Shown here: positions 9,677 to 20,212 of the stretch, in pieces
Layout of the letters: every line of letters starts with the position of its first letter
Numbering within the stretch: the first letter of the stretch is position 1
Assembly: GCA_050945795.1 (NCBI GenBank)
Contig: JBMNTP010000002.1
Coordinates: forward strand, 22,188-86,187
Direction: 5' to 3'
From: Christensenellales bacterium
GTDB taxonomy: Bacteria; Bacillota; Clostridia; Christensenellales; MGBC116941
Length of the DNA: 64,000 nt
Program-made: the position numbers and the translations under genes
Notes under the pieces: generated by a model
The model's database searches: none
The model's input: only the letters and a program-made list of their open reading frames with translations
Told to the model about the DNA's origin: nothing

Positions 9677-10807
9677 CTATTTTGCCGGAGCATCAAACCT
9701 ATCCAGCCATGTGCTAAGTATTTCATTTGTTACTTGCATTTTTAAATTGTCATACTCATCAATGTTTTCTGCCGTCACTAGGAACGACCCCGAGTCAATA
9801 ACCTCCGGCTGACCATCTTTGTAGGTGTAGCCATCAATGAGCATCTTGAGAGTGTATATACCTATGTATGATTGTCCCCACGGGTTTTGTGACATTGTTC
9901 CATATAGGCTGCCCTCACGTATGGCGTCCAATACCGCGCTATCAGTATCAATACCCACGCCCTTTATATGATTGTATTCTTCCTGACCAAGATATTTGGC
10001 CATAGCAACCGAAGGATAGTAAGCCGTGCTTATCATGCCGCCTATCTCATCGCCGCTAGCGGCCAGCAAGTCGCCTACCGCCGTCATAGAAGCTTCGGAG
10101 TTGTCAATGTCTGCTAATGTCTGGAACAGCTCCACGCCCGGATATTCATTGCAGGCGTCCTCAATAGCCTTAAGGCGTTTTTGGGTATTTGTGTCGTTGA
10201 GCGCTCCGGTCAAGCCCACAATGTTGCCCTTGCCGCCTATCGCCTCTATAACCGCCTTTGTACCTTCGTATGCCGATGTATAAACGTCTGTGGCCAGTGT
10301 CAGCGTGGCGTCAGAGGGAAGCTCGGGCGCTCCGCCCATGCATACTACGGGTATGCCGGCGTTAACCATCTTTGTAATCTGCTCGTTGGACGCCGTAGCT
10401 TCAGACGGCATCATGAATATGCCCTTGCAGCCACCGGAAATCAGCGCGTCCAGCAATTGGTTCTGGTCATTTTGCACCCAATCTTGTGGAGTGGAAATCA
10501 ATAAATGTTTTTTTATGCCGAGCTCGGCTTCCGCTACAGTAGCTGCCGGCTCCACCGGGTCGGCATATGGGTTTATTCCTCCAAAGGAAAACCCAAACTG
10601 GTAATCAGCATCCGTTTTGCCGGCGGTAGGCCCAAATGGGATATCAATGGCGGGCTTGTTGTCCGCCTGCGCATCGGTGCCGGTTTCCTGTGTTGTTTGC
10701 GGCCCTCCTCCGCTATCCGGGGTATCAGTTGTTCCGTCCGGCGCTCCACATGCCGCAAAGCTTAGAGTCAGCATCAATGCAATTATGAGGCAAACTAATT
10801 TTTTCAT
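9677..10807 (-). CDS. sugar ABC transporter substrate-binding lipoprotein (RbsB-like)
   Basis: Lipobox FAAC, low-complexity linker, type I PBP motifs (AGIPVV, GIDTD, GTMSQNP, IDSG..LVT.ENI). Confidence 0.92.
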   Translation of the reverse strand: MKKLVCLIIALMLTLSFAACGAPDGTTDTPDSGGGPQTTQETGTDAQADNKPAIDIPFGPTAGKTDADYQFGFSFGGINPYADPVEPAATVAEAELGIKKHLLISTPQDWVQNDQNQLLDALISGGCKGIFMMPSEATASNEQITKMVNAGIPVVCMGGAPELPSDATLTLATDVYTSAYEGTKAVIEAIGGKGNIVGLTGALNDTNTQKRLKAIEDACNEYPGVELFQTLADIDNSEASMTAVGDLLAASGDEIGGMISTAYYPSVAMAKYLGQEEYNHIKGVGIDTDSAVLDAIREGSLYGTMSQNPWGQSYIGIYTLKMLIDGYTYKDGQPEVIDSGSFLVTAENIDEYDNLKMQVTNEILSTWLDRFDAPAK

Positions 10808-10865
10808 GTTTTCTCCTTTCTACTATATCCTATATTCGCGGCACGCCGCCGCAAATTGGTTTACT

Positions 10866-12395
10866 TTAAATGCCCAGTATGTTTTCCATCACTGCAGTAC
10901 TCATAACTTCATAATCCTTGCTATTTTCAAGTTCTCCAACTATCTCCCCGTCCCGAAATACCAATACCTTCTCTGCCATCTGAATAAGCTCTGGCAAGTC
11001 GGAGGAAATCAGTATTATTGATTTGCCCTGCATGGAAAGATCGTATATAAGCCGGTGTATCTCGGACTTTGTTTTAACATCAATGCCCACCGTTGGCTCG
11101 TCGAATATAATTATTTCCGGCTCGGTTATAAGGCACTTGGCTATACAAACCTTCTGCTGGTTGCCTCCCGAAAGGCTTGATACCACCGCATCGGGCGAAC
11201 TCATCTTTATTTGTATGCGCTTGGCGTATTCTTTAGCCAATCGCCTTTCACGCTTTACTGAATTGAGCTTTGCCTTGTTTTTGATTTTATCCAGCGCCAC
11301 TATCGATATGTTTGTAGCTATGGAGTGCATCAAAAACAGCCCTTCCTCTTTGCGGTTTTCGCTAAGATAATAGATACTGTGCTTTTCAAATGCTTCTTTG
11401 TACGACCTTATCCTTACCCTTTTACCATTTATAATAAGCTCACCCTTTTTAATAGGATCAATGCCTATTATTTTCCTCGCAAGCTCTGTTCTGCCCGCAC
11501 CCACCAGCCCATACCATCCTAAAATCTGACCTTTTCTAAGCTCAAAACTGGCCGCCTTAGGGCTCTCTTTAGACTCAACCTCTATCGCCTGCAGCACATA
11601 CGGAGCATCCGATCTATCCTGCGAATTAAAACGCTGCAGCATCTCGCGGCTGCCCACCATCATCTCAATCAGACGATCGCGATTCAATTCTCCGATAGGC
11701 ACTGCGTCACCTACGTTATTCCCGTCGCGTATTACTGCAACGCGATCGGCAATAGAGAATATCTCTTCCAGCTTATGGCTGACATATATAATCGCCACTC
11801 CCTCTTGCCTTAGCTTTTTTACTATATCGAGCAGCATATCCGCTTCTTTTATCGATATGGATGCCGTGGGCTCATCCAGCAGCAGTATGTGCGAGTTTAC
11901 AGAAAGAGCCCTAGCAATCTCTATTAATTGTTTTTGCGCCGAGGACAAATCCTCCACCGAATCAGTAGGGTCAAGCGAAAGACGTACTCTGTTAAGCAGC
12001 TCTTTGGCATTTTCATGCATCCACTTGCTGTTAACCGGTTTAAGCCCTTTGCCACAAATCTTATCGAAGAATATATTTTCCGCCACATCAAACGTGGGTA
12101 TAAGGTTCCTCTCCTGATGCACAACGCTGATACCCATTTCCGTTGCCATCTGCGGATTTTTCAATTGCACCGGCACGCCGTCCACAAGTATTTCCCCTTG
12201 GTCCGGTGTCAACACCCCTGTCATGCAATTGATAAGCGTGGACTTGCCCGCACCGTTCTCGCCTACCAAGGCCAGTACCTCGCCCGGCTTTAGAGAAAGG
12301 CTCACCTTGTCAAGCGCCACAACGCCGGGAAACACTTTTCTTATATTTTTTAGCTCCAGCACATATTTAAGATTAGATTTATCGACATTTACCAT
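10866..12395 (-). CDS. sugar ABC transporter ATP-binding protein (two ABC domains, RbsA-like)
   Basis: GENGAGKST, LLLDEPT, GLVGAGRTE, LSGGNQQK, FDEPTVGID. ATG 12395 has an AGGAG RBS. Confidence 0.95.
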   Translation of the reverse strand: MVNVDKSNLKYVLELKNIRKVFPGVVALDKVSLSLKPGEVLALVGENGAGKSTLINCMTGVLTPDQGEILVDGVPVQLKNPQMATEMGISVVHQERNLIPTFDVAENIFFDKICGKGLKPVNSKWMHENAKELLNRVRLSLDPTDSVEDLSSAQKQLIEIARALSVNSHILLLDEPTASISIKEADMLLDIVKKLRQEGVAIIYVSHKLEEIFSIADRVAVIRDGNNVGDAVPIGELNRDRLIEMMVGSREMLQRFNSQDRSDAPYVLQAIEVESKESPKAASFELRKGQILGWYGLVGAGRTELARKIIGIDPIKKGELIINGKRVRIRSYKEAFEKHSIYYLSENRKEEGLFLMHSIATNISIVALDKIKNKAKLNSVKRERRLAKEYAKRIQIKMSSPDAVVSSLSGGNQQKVCIAKCLITEPEIIIFDEPTVGIDVKTKSEIHRLIYDLSMQGKSIILISSDLPELIQMAEKVLVFRDGEIVGELENSKDYEVMSTAVMENILGI

Positions 12396-12405
12396 AATCT
12401 TCTCC

Positions 12406-13398
12406 TTACTTTCTGATATAACGAACCCTGTCAATTGTTACGGCGATAAGTATAATAAGTCCGTATATCAGCTCGTTCCAGTAGACATCCACCTTAAGAT
12501 GCACCAGTGCGTTGTTTATAATTGTCAGCGCGAACGCTCCTAATATTGCCCCTATAACATTTACTTTGCCGCCGCTGTTCTTTGTACCGCCTATAAGGGG
12601 AGCAGCGAATGACAGCAACATCCAGTCGGCGCCCATATTCGGCTGCGCCGCTTCTATCCTTATCATAGCGAGTATGCCGGCAATCGATGCCAGTACCGCC
12701 GCAATTATATTAGCCGACAGCACAACCTTAAATTTTGATACGCCATACAGCCCAGCCGCCTTATTGTTTGCCCCAAAAGACAGCATCTGCCGCCCTATTG
12801 AAAGCTTTCTATACATCAGGCTGAGCAAAATAGCTACTATAAGCATTATAAAGATTGAAGACGGCAGCCCCAGTATCTTTTCGTTTCCGACAGAGAGAAA
12901 AACCTTGTCAAACTTACCGTCAGGGCCATAAAACGTATTGCCGCTTGTTATCATAAGATTAATGCCCTGAAACACGCTGGCTGTGGCAAGCGTCGTCATA
13001 AAGAATGCTACGCCTACTCCTCCGGCCCTGTAAATCAAAAGCCCGTTTAATATGCCGCATACAACGCCGACAAATAGTCCCATCAGCACCCCAAGCCACC
13101 ACGGCAACCCCGCCACCGACATCGCCCATCCGGCAATAACGGCGGATATTGCGCCGGTTGAGCCGATCGAAAGGTTTAAACCGTTGCAAGCTATTATAAC
13201 CATCTGCGAAAAGCCGACTAACGCCGTTACCGTAAGAACCTTTGCCAGCGCATATACATTGTTTGGAGACAGATAATTAGGCTTTATTATAAGCATTATA
13301 GACAGCAGGACAACAACTATGGCACCGGAGCTGAATGTGCTGGATTTGGCTATTCTACGCCATATCCCCGATGATGATAGCGCTGCTTTTTCATTCAT
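12406..13398 (-). CDS. sugar ABC transporter permease (RbsC-like)
   Basis: Multiple TM helices, NLSIG, GRQMLSFGAN, IGGT...GG. ATG overlaps the upstream stop region (ATGAATGA). Confidence 0.92.
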   Translation of the reverse strand: MNEKAALSSSGIWRRIAKSSTFSSGAIVVVLLSIMLIIKPNYLSPNNVYALAKVLTVTALVGFSQMVIIACNGLNLSIGSTGAISAVIAGWAMSVAGLPWWLGVLMGLFVGVVCGILNGLLIYRAGGVGVAFFMTTLATASVFQGINLMITSGNTFYGPDGKFDKVFLSVGNEKILGLPSSIFIMLIVAILLSLMYRKLSIGRQMLSFGANNKAAGLYGVSKFKVVLSANIIAAVLASIAGILAMIRIEAAQPNMGADWMLLSFAAPLIGGTKNSGGKVNVIGAILGAFALTIINNALVHLKVDVYWNELIYGLIILIAVTIDRVRYIRK

Positions 13399-14392
13399 GC
13401 CTGTTATCCCCCTTCTGCGCCGCTTCTGCAGCCAGTAACGTCTGCCTCTTAACAAGGGCAACCCTGGCCCTGTCAACCTCATAAGCAATCAGCAGCACAA
13501 CGCCCATAATAGCCTGGAACGCATATGTATTGACACGCCACAGCCCTAGCGCATTGTTTATAAAAACCATAAGCAGGCTTCCCAAAAGCGTACCGATTAC
13601 AGAAGCCTTGCCGCCCGAGAGCAGCGTCCCGCCCAGCACAGCCACAACAAACGATGTCATCATCCAATCGCTGCCTATGGCAAGCTGTGCGGAATTGAAC
13701 CTGCATATCTGTATAAAGGCAGCGAATCCACAAAACAATCCGGATAGTGCATGCCCGAGTATTATATTCATATCAACATTTATGCCCGAAAATCGGGCTG
13801 AGCGCTGATTGGCGCCAACTGCCTGAAGCCTCTTGCCTATATTGGTATAGTTAAATAATATAAATGCCAACGCGCAGATTATAAGCGCTATTATAAACGT
13901 GACCGGTACAGCGCCTATCTGCGCGCGACCAACATCTTTTATGAATTCCGGCAACCTGCTGTAGGAATTGCCTTTTGTGATAACGGTGGCAATACCGGTG
14001 TATACGCTTAGCAACGCAAGCGTAATTATAAAAGGACTTAATCCGCTTTTGGCTATCAATACCCCCTGTATGCCGCCGAGTGCCATAGCAATAAGTAGCC
14101 CCATAAAAACAGCTATAAGCACCGGTATCCCCAGCTCCTGCATAAATAAGCCCATCAATACCGCGGATAAAGAGCCCATAGCTCCAACAGCAAGATTAAA
14201 CTGCCCAAGAGCCAGCGCCGACATCTGTGCCAGCCCGATTAATACAAAAATCGCCACACTCTGGAAAACCGAAAGCATATTATATGCCGATAAGAATCCC
14301 GGCGAACTGCTTATCAGAACTACAAGCAATATGATCAGCGGCAGCAAAACGCTTGTCAGATCATTTCGGAAAAGCTTTCTGATTCTATCCAA
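13391..14392 (-). CDS. sugar ABC transporter permease (RbsC-like)
   Basis: NLAVG, PFIITL, GKRLQAVGAN..SARFSG, VLGGTLLSGG. TTG start after GAGGAG. Confidence 0.92.
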   Translation of the reverse strand: MDRIRKLFRNDLTSVLLPLIILLVVLISSSPGFLSAYNMLSVFQSVAIFVLIGLAQMSALALGQFNLAVGAMGSLSAVLMGLFMQELGIPVLIAVFMGLLIAMALGGIQGVLIAKSGLSPFIITLALLSVYTGIATVITKGNSYSRLPEFIKDVGRAQIGAVPVTFIIALIICALAFILFNYTNIGKRLQAVGANQRSARFSGINVDMNIILGHALSGLFCGFAAFIQICRFNSAQLAIGSDWMMTSFVVAVLGGTLLSGGKASVIGTLLGSLLMVFINNALGLWRVNTYAFQAIMGVVLLIAYEVDRARVALVKRQTLLAAEAAQKGDNRHE

Positions 14393-14669
14393 CCTTCTCT
14401 CCTCTTTCCTGATTAATGCACCGATGCGGTTAAGCCATCATAACTATCGATGAAAATCCCAAGCCACCGCGGCGGGTCACAAATTTAGATATACATGAAA
14501 CACTCTGATATTTCGACTAAAATGCATAGCAAACAGACCTCTGACAGACTAATTTTCTGAGAAATTTCTGGTTCAATCAAGCTTATACTATTTTATATTT
14601 AACTGTGTTAAAAACCGGCAGCAACTCTGCCTATGTATTGTTGTGATGTGCGTTCTTTTCGACAAGGTC

Positions 14670-14746
14670 ATTGTATCATGTGCGTCAATTATTCATCAAC
14701 ACCCTTTGATATACTATTCTTCAAACCGTTTTATTAAACCGTTCTA
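14670..14746 (-). promoter_or_regulatory. candidate promoter and tandem LacI-type operators of the sugar operon
   Basis: Minus strand TTGATG-18-TACAAT with TG extension (14670-14699). Plus strand TCAAACCGTTTTA (14721-14733) and TAAACCGTTCTA (14735-14746) resemble LacI-family operators with a central CG. Confidence 0.5.
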
Positions 14747-15059
14747 ATATTATCTAAGTTGCATTAAAACCCGCTCTAATAGCCGCTTTGAATGAATATC
14801 CTTCATACCAAGCCTCCGTCATAAGTTCTTGCATGTATCCGCCTTTAGTGCTGTGGTCTTTTGCTCATATAATGATTATGCTTGACAGCCACTAGATACC
14901 TAAACGCCGGTTAACATGCGTATCCAGGCATACCGATACCTGCTCATTGACAGTAGCAATATAGGAGTGCAACCTTTAGGAAGTAAGCAGCTCAGTGTAA
15001 AATGTTTTCTTATGTGCCTTTATATATCCGGCTATGCCACTCCCCGTAAATCCCGGTAG

Positions 15060-15422
15060 GTGGTTGCCGACATTGCCAATGTTTTTGGGGTTAGCCCGTT
15101 AGCACTTACCATTCCCGACATCGACTCTAATCTAGGCCTGGTACATACTTTCTTTGCGTTGGAGGATATCTATGGGCTTAGCATCAACAATATTGATGGC
15201 GAATTGTGCATGACCCTTGATAAATCTAAAGGCACCGCCTATACTCCCATGTTTGATATGTTCAGCGCGTGGCAACGGGAAGCTGAAAAGCTCGAAGCTG
15301 GTGAAATCACCAAGGAGGAATATAATGATTGGCGCTATAACTATCCTAAAGCCAAGGCGGAACGAACCCGGGCGGCGATTGATTCCCTTAGAGAGGAAAA
15401 GAATGCCGAACCCACTGAATAG
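15060..15422 (+). pseudogene. 5'-truncated XRE-family regulator of the type found on Firmicute ICEs
   Basis: VSPLALTIPDIDSNLGLVHTFFALEDIYGL...W...EITKEEYNDWRYNYP matches the recalled C-terminal part of ICE XRE regulators. The N-terminal HTH and an RBS are absent. Confidence 0.7.
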
Positions 15423-15436
15423 CCAGCAGCAAAACA

Positions 15437-15477
15437 AAAAAGAGCTAACTGACTACTCAAAATCAGTTAGCTCTTTT
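15437..15477. terminator. bidirectional intrinsic terminator
   Basis: AAAAGAGCTAACTGA-loop-TCAGTTAGCTCTTTT perfect inverted repeat between the converging XRE remnant and guaA. Confidence 0.85.
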
Positions 15478-15485
15478 GATATGTC

Positions 15486-15610
15486 TGATACTATATTGAT
15501 ACTACAGATGTTGCCAAAACGTTGCCATTCGTCTCGGCCAATTGCCGTAAACCCGCTTATTTAGCGGCTTTGCAGCATTCCCGTTCTTACTCCCACTCAA
15601 TCGTTCCCGG
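15486..15610. mobile_element. candidate attachment end of an island integrated at the guaA 3' end
   Basis: Two 11-bp-period direct-repeat pairs (TGATACTA at 15486/15497; GTTGCCA at 15510/15521) next to the guaA stop and the ICE-type XRE remnant. The guaA 3' end is a known integration hotspot. Confidence 0.55.
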
Positions 15611-17131
15611 CGGCTTGCTTGTCACATCATACACCACACGGTTGACGCCTTGAACTTCGTTTATTATGCGCTCGGACAGACGCTTTAGCAGCGTATACGG
15701 CAGCTCGGCGAATTCGACCGTCATAGCGTCGGTCGATGTTACCGCACGCACCGCCACGACATAATCGTATGTGCGCTGGTCACCCATAACGCCCACCGAC
15801 TGAACTCCGGTAAACACCGTAAAATACTGCCATATATTAGGCTCCAGCCCAGCTGCCGAAACTTCCTCTCGCAAAATGGCGTCGCTGTCTCTTACTATTC
15901 TCAGCCTGTCCTCTGTGATTTCGCCCATAATGCGTATCGCCAGACCCGGCCCTGGGAACGGCTGACGCCATATAAGCGGCTTAGGTATCCCCATGCTTTC
16001 ACCAAGCGCGCGCACCTCATCTTTAAACAGCATACGCAGCGGCTCTATTATGCCTTTAAATGACATATTTTCCGGCAGCCCGCCTACATTGTGATGGCTC
16101 TTTATAACGGCGGCTCCGCCATCCCCGCTTCCGCTTTCGATTACATCGGGGTATATAGTGCCCTGTACGAGATAGTCGACATCGCCAAGCTTTGCCGCCT
16201 CCTCCTCAAAAACCCTTATAAATTCCTCGCCTATTATCTTCCTTTTGCGCTCCGGCTCCACAACGCCCTCAAGCTTCTTTAAAAACCGCTTGGCGGCGTC
16301 TACGAATATAATATTAAGGCCGAGCGTTTCTTTATAATAATCCAAAACTTCTTTGGCTTCATTTTTTCTCATAAGGCCGTGGTCAACGAATATGCATGTC
16401 AGCCTGTCACCAACCGCTTTATGCACCAAAACGCTGGCGACAGAAGAATCCACTCCGCCGGACAGCGCGCTTAAAACCCGCCCGTCGCCCGCCTTGCGCT
16501 TTATATCCGCGACAAGCGTGTCGCAAAGATCCTCCATCTTCCAATCTCCGCTGCACCCGCATATTCCCTTAGCGAAGTTGTCAAGCAGCTTTTGCCCAAA
16601 CTCTGTATGCTTGACCTCAGGATGGAACTGCACTCCATAAAACGCTTTAGCCTCGTCGGATATAGCGGCGAAACGGCAATTATCAGTTGATGCAATGCCG
16701 CTAAAGCCGTCCGGCAGCTCAATCACAGCATCATTGTGATTCATCCAAACCTCGTTGTCTTTATCTATGCCTTCAAAAAGCGGCGACTGGTCCAAGCGGA
16801 TACGCGTTCTGCCAAACTCCGGCACCTCCGCCTTGCCCGTCTTACCTCCCAGCTGCTCTGCCATTACCTGCAAGCCATAACAAATGCCTAAAACAGGCAC
16901 GCCTAAATCAAATACGCCGGGGTCGCAGCGCTTAGCTCCAGAGCCGTGAACGCTGTCCGGCCCTCCCGAAAGTATTATGCCGTGAAGCTCATTTCCGGCT
17001 ATTTTCTCAAGGCTGTCAAAGTAAGGAAGTATCTCGCAAAATACTCCCGCCTCTCTTATCCTTCTCGCTATAAGCTGACAATACTGGCCGCCGAAATCCA
17101 GCACGACTATCCTCTGGTTCACTCTCCTCAC
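15587..17131 (-). CDS. guaA: GMP synthase (glutamine-hydrolysing)
   Basis: [53 protein letters not shown]. Confidence 0.98.
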   Translation of the reverse strand: MRRVNQRIVVLDFGGQYCQLIARRIREAGVFCEILPYFDSLEKIAGNELHGIILSGGPDSVHGSGAKRCDPGVFDLGVPVLGICYGLQVMAEQLGGKTGKAEVPEFGRTRIRLDQSPLFEGIDKDNEVWMNHNDAVIELPDGFSGIASTDNCRFAAISDEAKAFYGVQFHPEVKHTEFGQKLLDNFAKGICGCSGDWKMEDLCDTLVADIKRKAGDGRVLSALSGGVDSSVASVLVHKAVGDRLTCIFVDHGLMRKNEAKEVLDYYKETLGLNIIFVDAAKRFLKKLEGVVEPERKRKIIGEEFIRVFEEEAAKLGDVDYLVQGTIYPDVIESGSGDGGAAVIKSHHNVGGLPENMSFKGIIEPLRMLFKDEVRALGESMGIPKPLIWRQPFPGPGLAIRIMGEITEDRLRIVRDSDAILREEVSAAGLEPNIWQYFTVFTGVQSVGVMGDQRTYDYVVAVRAVTSTDAMTVEFAELPYTLLKRLSERIINEVQGVNRVVYDVTSKPPGTIEWE

Positions 17132-18738
17132 CTTTTCTCTCTATGTTTTGCGGCCGCGGCAATCAGCTCTTTAAAAAGCGGATGCGCGTTATCCGGCCTC
17201 GATTTAAATTCAGGATGGAATTGACAGGCGATATAAAACGGATGCGACGGCAGCTCGATTATCTCAGCCAGCTTTCCGTCAGGATTCCAGCCGCTAAACA
17301 CCATACCCGCCTCTTCAAATGCCTCTACATATTTATTGTTGAACTCATACCTATGCCGGTGCCTCTCGTATATCGTTTCTTTTCCATACGCCGCTCTTGC
17401 CAATGTGCCTTCTTTAAGGTCGCAGGTATATTTGCCCAGCCTCATTGTGCCGCCAAGCCGGTCAAGGCCGCGCTGATCCGGCATAATATCTATTACCGGA
17501 TACGGCGTCGCTGTATCTACCTCGGTTGTATGGGCGCGGTTAAGCCCTATTACATTTCTCGCGAACTCCACAACCGCCATCTGCATGCCAAGGCATATAC
17601 CTAGGAAAGGTATTTTATTTTCTCTTACATATTTAACGGCGGATATTTTTCCTTCAAGCCCCCTTGAGCCAAACCCTCCCGGCACAATAACGCCATCGAC
17701 CCCTTCAAGCAACTCTGCCACTGAAGAAGCGTTTACATCCTCCGCCTGCACCCACTTTATTGTAACGTCACTCCTGTTATATATGCCGCCGTGTATAAGT
17801 GACTCGGCTATGCTAAGATAAGCGTCGTGCAGCTCAACATATTTGCCTACAATGGCGATAGTGCAGCTCGTTAAAGGGTTAAGCTGGTTATGCACAATCT
17901 TTTCCCATTCGCGCATATCCGGCGCCGGTAAATCAAGGCATAGCTTTTTACATACCGCGCGCCCCAATCCCTTTTCCTCAAGCAACAAAGGCACTTCATA
18001 TAGCGCCGCGGCGTCAAGGTTTTCAATAACATTTTCCTGATCAATATTGCAAAACAGCCCTATTTTAGTTCTTACATCCTCGCCAAGCGGCCTGTCGCTG
18101 CGGCAAACGAGTATATCCGGCTGTATGCCAAGCCCCAAAAGCTCCCTTACGCTATGCTGTGTCGGCTTTGATTTAAGTTCGCCCGCCGTTCCTATATAAG
18201 GCATAAGCGTAACATGAATATAGGCGCAGTTCTCGGGGCCGACCGTCCACTTTATCTGACGAATAGCCTCTAGATATGGCTGGCTTTCTATATCCCCCAC
18301 CGTTCCGCCGATTTCCGTTATAAGCACATCGGGGCGCACTTTATTGGCTATATTTATAATGCGGCTCATTATCTCATTTGTTATATGAGGAATAACCTGC
18401 ACCGTAGCTCCGTTATACATGCCCTTGCGCTCTTTTTCCATAACGCTTAGATATATCTGACCTGTTGTAGTATTGTTTTCGCGCGCTAGCGGCTCATTTA
18501 TAAACCTTTCATAATGCCCTATGTCCAAATCCGTCTCTGCGCCGTCGTCAGTCACAAATACTTCTCCGTGCTGGTATGGGTTCATGGTGCCGGGATCAAC
18601 ATTTATGTATGGATCCAGTTTATTTATAGAAACGCTCAATCCGCGGTTTTTCAAAAGCCTACCCAGCGCGGCGGCGGTAATGCCCTTCCCCAGCGATGAT
18701 ACAACGCCGCCGGTTATAAAGACGAATTTTGTTGACAT
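17128..18738 (-). CDS. pyrG: CTP synthase
   Basis: [54 protein letters not shown]. Confidence 0.98.
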   Translation of the reverse strand: MSTKFVFITGGVVSSLGKGITAAALGRLLKNRGLSVSINKLDPYINVDPGTMNPYQHGEVFVTDDGAETDLDIGHYERFINEPLARENNTTTGQIYLSVMEKERKGMYNGATVQVIPHITNEIMSRIINIANKVRPDVLITEIGGTVGDIESQPYLEAIRQIKWTVGPENCAYIHVTLMPYIGTAGELKSKPTQHSVRELLGLGIQPDILVCRSDRPLGEDVRTKIGLFCNIDQENVIENLDAAALYEVPLLLEEKGLGRAVCKKLCLDLPAPDMREWEKIVHNQLNPLTSCTIAIVGKYVELHDAYLSIAESLIHGGIYNRSDVTIKWVQAEDVNASSVAELLEGVDGVIVPGGFGSRGLEGKISAVKYVRENKIPFLGICLGMQMAVVEFARNVIGLNRAHTTEVDTATPYPVIDIMPDQRGLDRLGGTMRLGKYTCDLKEGTLARAAYGKETIYERHRHRYEFNNKYVEAFEEAGMVFSGWNPDGKLAEIIELPSHPFYIACQFHPEFKSRPDNAHPLFKELIAAAAKHREKR

Positions 18739-18775
18739 AATATACCCCTTTAAGAAACTAATAATATAATATTTT

Positions 18776-20200
18776 TTAAGATAACAGCTCTTTTATAATC
18801 TCATTTACAATAGCCGGATTGGCCTTGCCTGCGCTGGCCTTCATAACCCGCCCTACTATCGATTTAAGAGCCTTCTCTTTGCCGGCTTTATAATCTGCTA
18901 CGGCTTTTTCGCTTTCAGAAACAGCCTTAATACACATTGCCCTTATCTCGTCCTCATCGCTTATCTGGGCAAGCTGCTTTTCTTTTACAATTTCCTCCGG
19001 CATAACGCCTTTGCTCTCAAACATAAGCTCCATAACCTTTGAGGCTATTGTACGGCTTATTGTGCCTTTGCCCACCATATCTATAAGGCTTGAAAGCTGC
19101 TCGGCGTTTATAGGAACATCCTCCGGCTCAATGCCCTTTTCATTTATAACCCTGCTTATATCGCTTATTATGTAGTTAAGCGCGTCCTTGGGCTGCGTCC
19201 CCATTTCAACAGCGCCGTCAAGCAGGTCTGACAGCGCCTTAGACGCTGTAACAACGCCGGCATCACGCTCTGAAAAGCCGTGCTGCGATACATACCGCTC
19301 CTTGCGGCTGGCCGGCAGCTCGGGTATCTCGGACCTTATGCTCTCTAGCCATTTTTCATCTATAACTATCGGCATTATATCCGGCTCCGGGAAGTAGAGA
19401 TAGTCGTGCGCATCCTCTTTAGAGCGCATAGCGTAGTTTATGCCTTGGACGTCATCCCACCGCAGCGTTTGCTGCATTATCTCGCCGCCGCTTTCTATAA
19501 CATCAATCTGCCGCTGCGCCTCATATTCTATAGCCCTTGTAACCGCCCTAAAAGAGTTGAGATTTTTCATCTCTGTCCTTGTCCCAAACTCTTTGGCTCC
19601 GCGCTCTCTTATCGACAGATTTACATCGCACCTTAAAGAGCCTTCCTCCATGCGGCAGTTGGACACCCCGGTATAAAGCAGTATCGACCTCAGCGTCTCA
19701 AGAAAGGCTTTTGCCTCCTCCGCCGACCTTATATCCGGCTCCGACACTATTTCAATTAGAGGTACGCCGCCCCTGTTGTAATCTATCCTCGTGCCGTAAC
19801 TTTCGTGTATAAGCTTTCCGGCGTCCTCCTCTATATGTATACGCGTTATGCCTATTGTCTTTTTGCCGTTCTCGGTATCTATTTCCACCGCTCCCCCAAG
19901 GCAAATAGGCTGATCGTATTGAGAGGTTTGAAAGTTTTTGGGCAGATCGGGATAATAATAATGCTTTCTGTCCTGCCTTGAATTTTTTGAAATAGAGCAG
20001 CCGATGGCAAGCCCCGCCTTTATGCAATACTCTACAACCTTTTTATTCAAAGCCGGCATCATGCCCGGCATACCCACGCATACCGGACAGCAGTGCGTGT
20101 TTTCCTCTCCGCCAAAACGCGTTGTGCATCCGCAATATATTTTAGAATCGGTATCAAGCTCGGCGTGAACCTCAAGCCCTATTACGATTTCATAATCCAT
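18776..20200 (-). CDS. gatB: Asp/Glu-tRNA amidotransferase subunit B
   Basis: [60 protein letters not shown]. Confidence 0.98.
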   Translation of the reverse strand: MDYEIVIGLEVHAELDTDSKIYCGCTTRFGGEENTHCCPVCVGMPGMMPALNKKVVEYCIKAGLAIGCSISKNSRQDRKHYYYPDLPKNFQTSQYDQPICLGGAVEIDTENGKKTIGITRIHIEEDAGKLIHESYGTRIDYNRGGVPLIEIVSEPDIRSAEEAKAFLETLRSILLYTGVSNCRMEEGSLRCDVNLSIRERGAKEFGTRTEMKNLNSFRAVTRAIEYEAQRQIDVIESGGEIMQQTLRWDDVQGINYAMRSKEDAHDYLYFPEPDIMPIVIDEKWLESIRSEIPELPASRKERYVSQHGFSERDAGVVTASKALSDLLDGAVEMGTQPKDALNYIISDISRVINEKGIEPEDVPINAEQLSSLIDMVGKGTISRTIASKVMELMFESKGVMPEEIVKEKQLAQISDEDEIRAMCIKAVSESEKAVADYKAGKEKALKSIVGRVMKASAGKANPAIVNEIIKELLS

Positions 20201-20212
20201 TTGCGCACCTCC

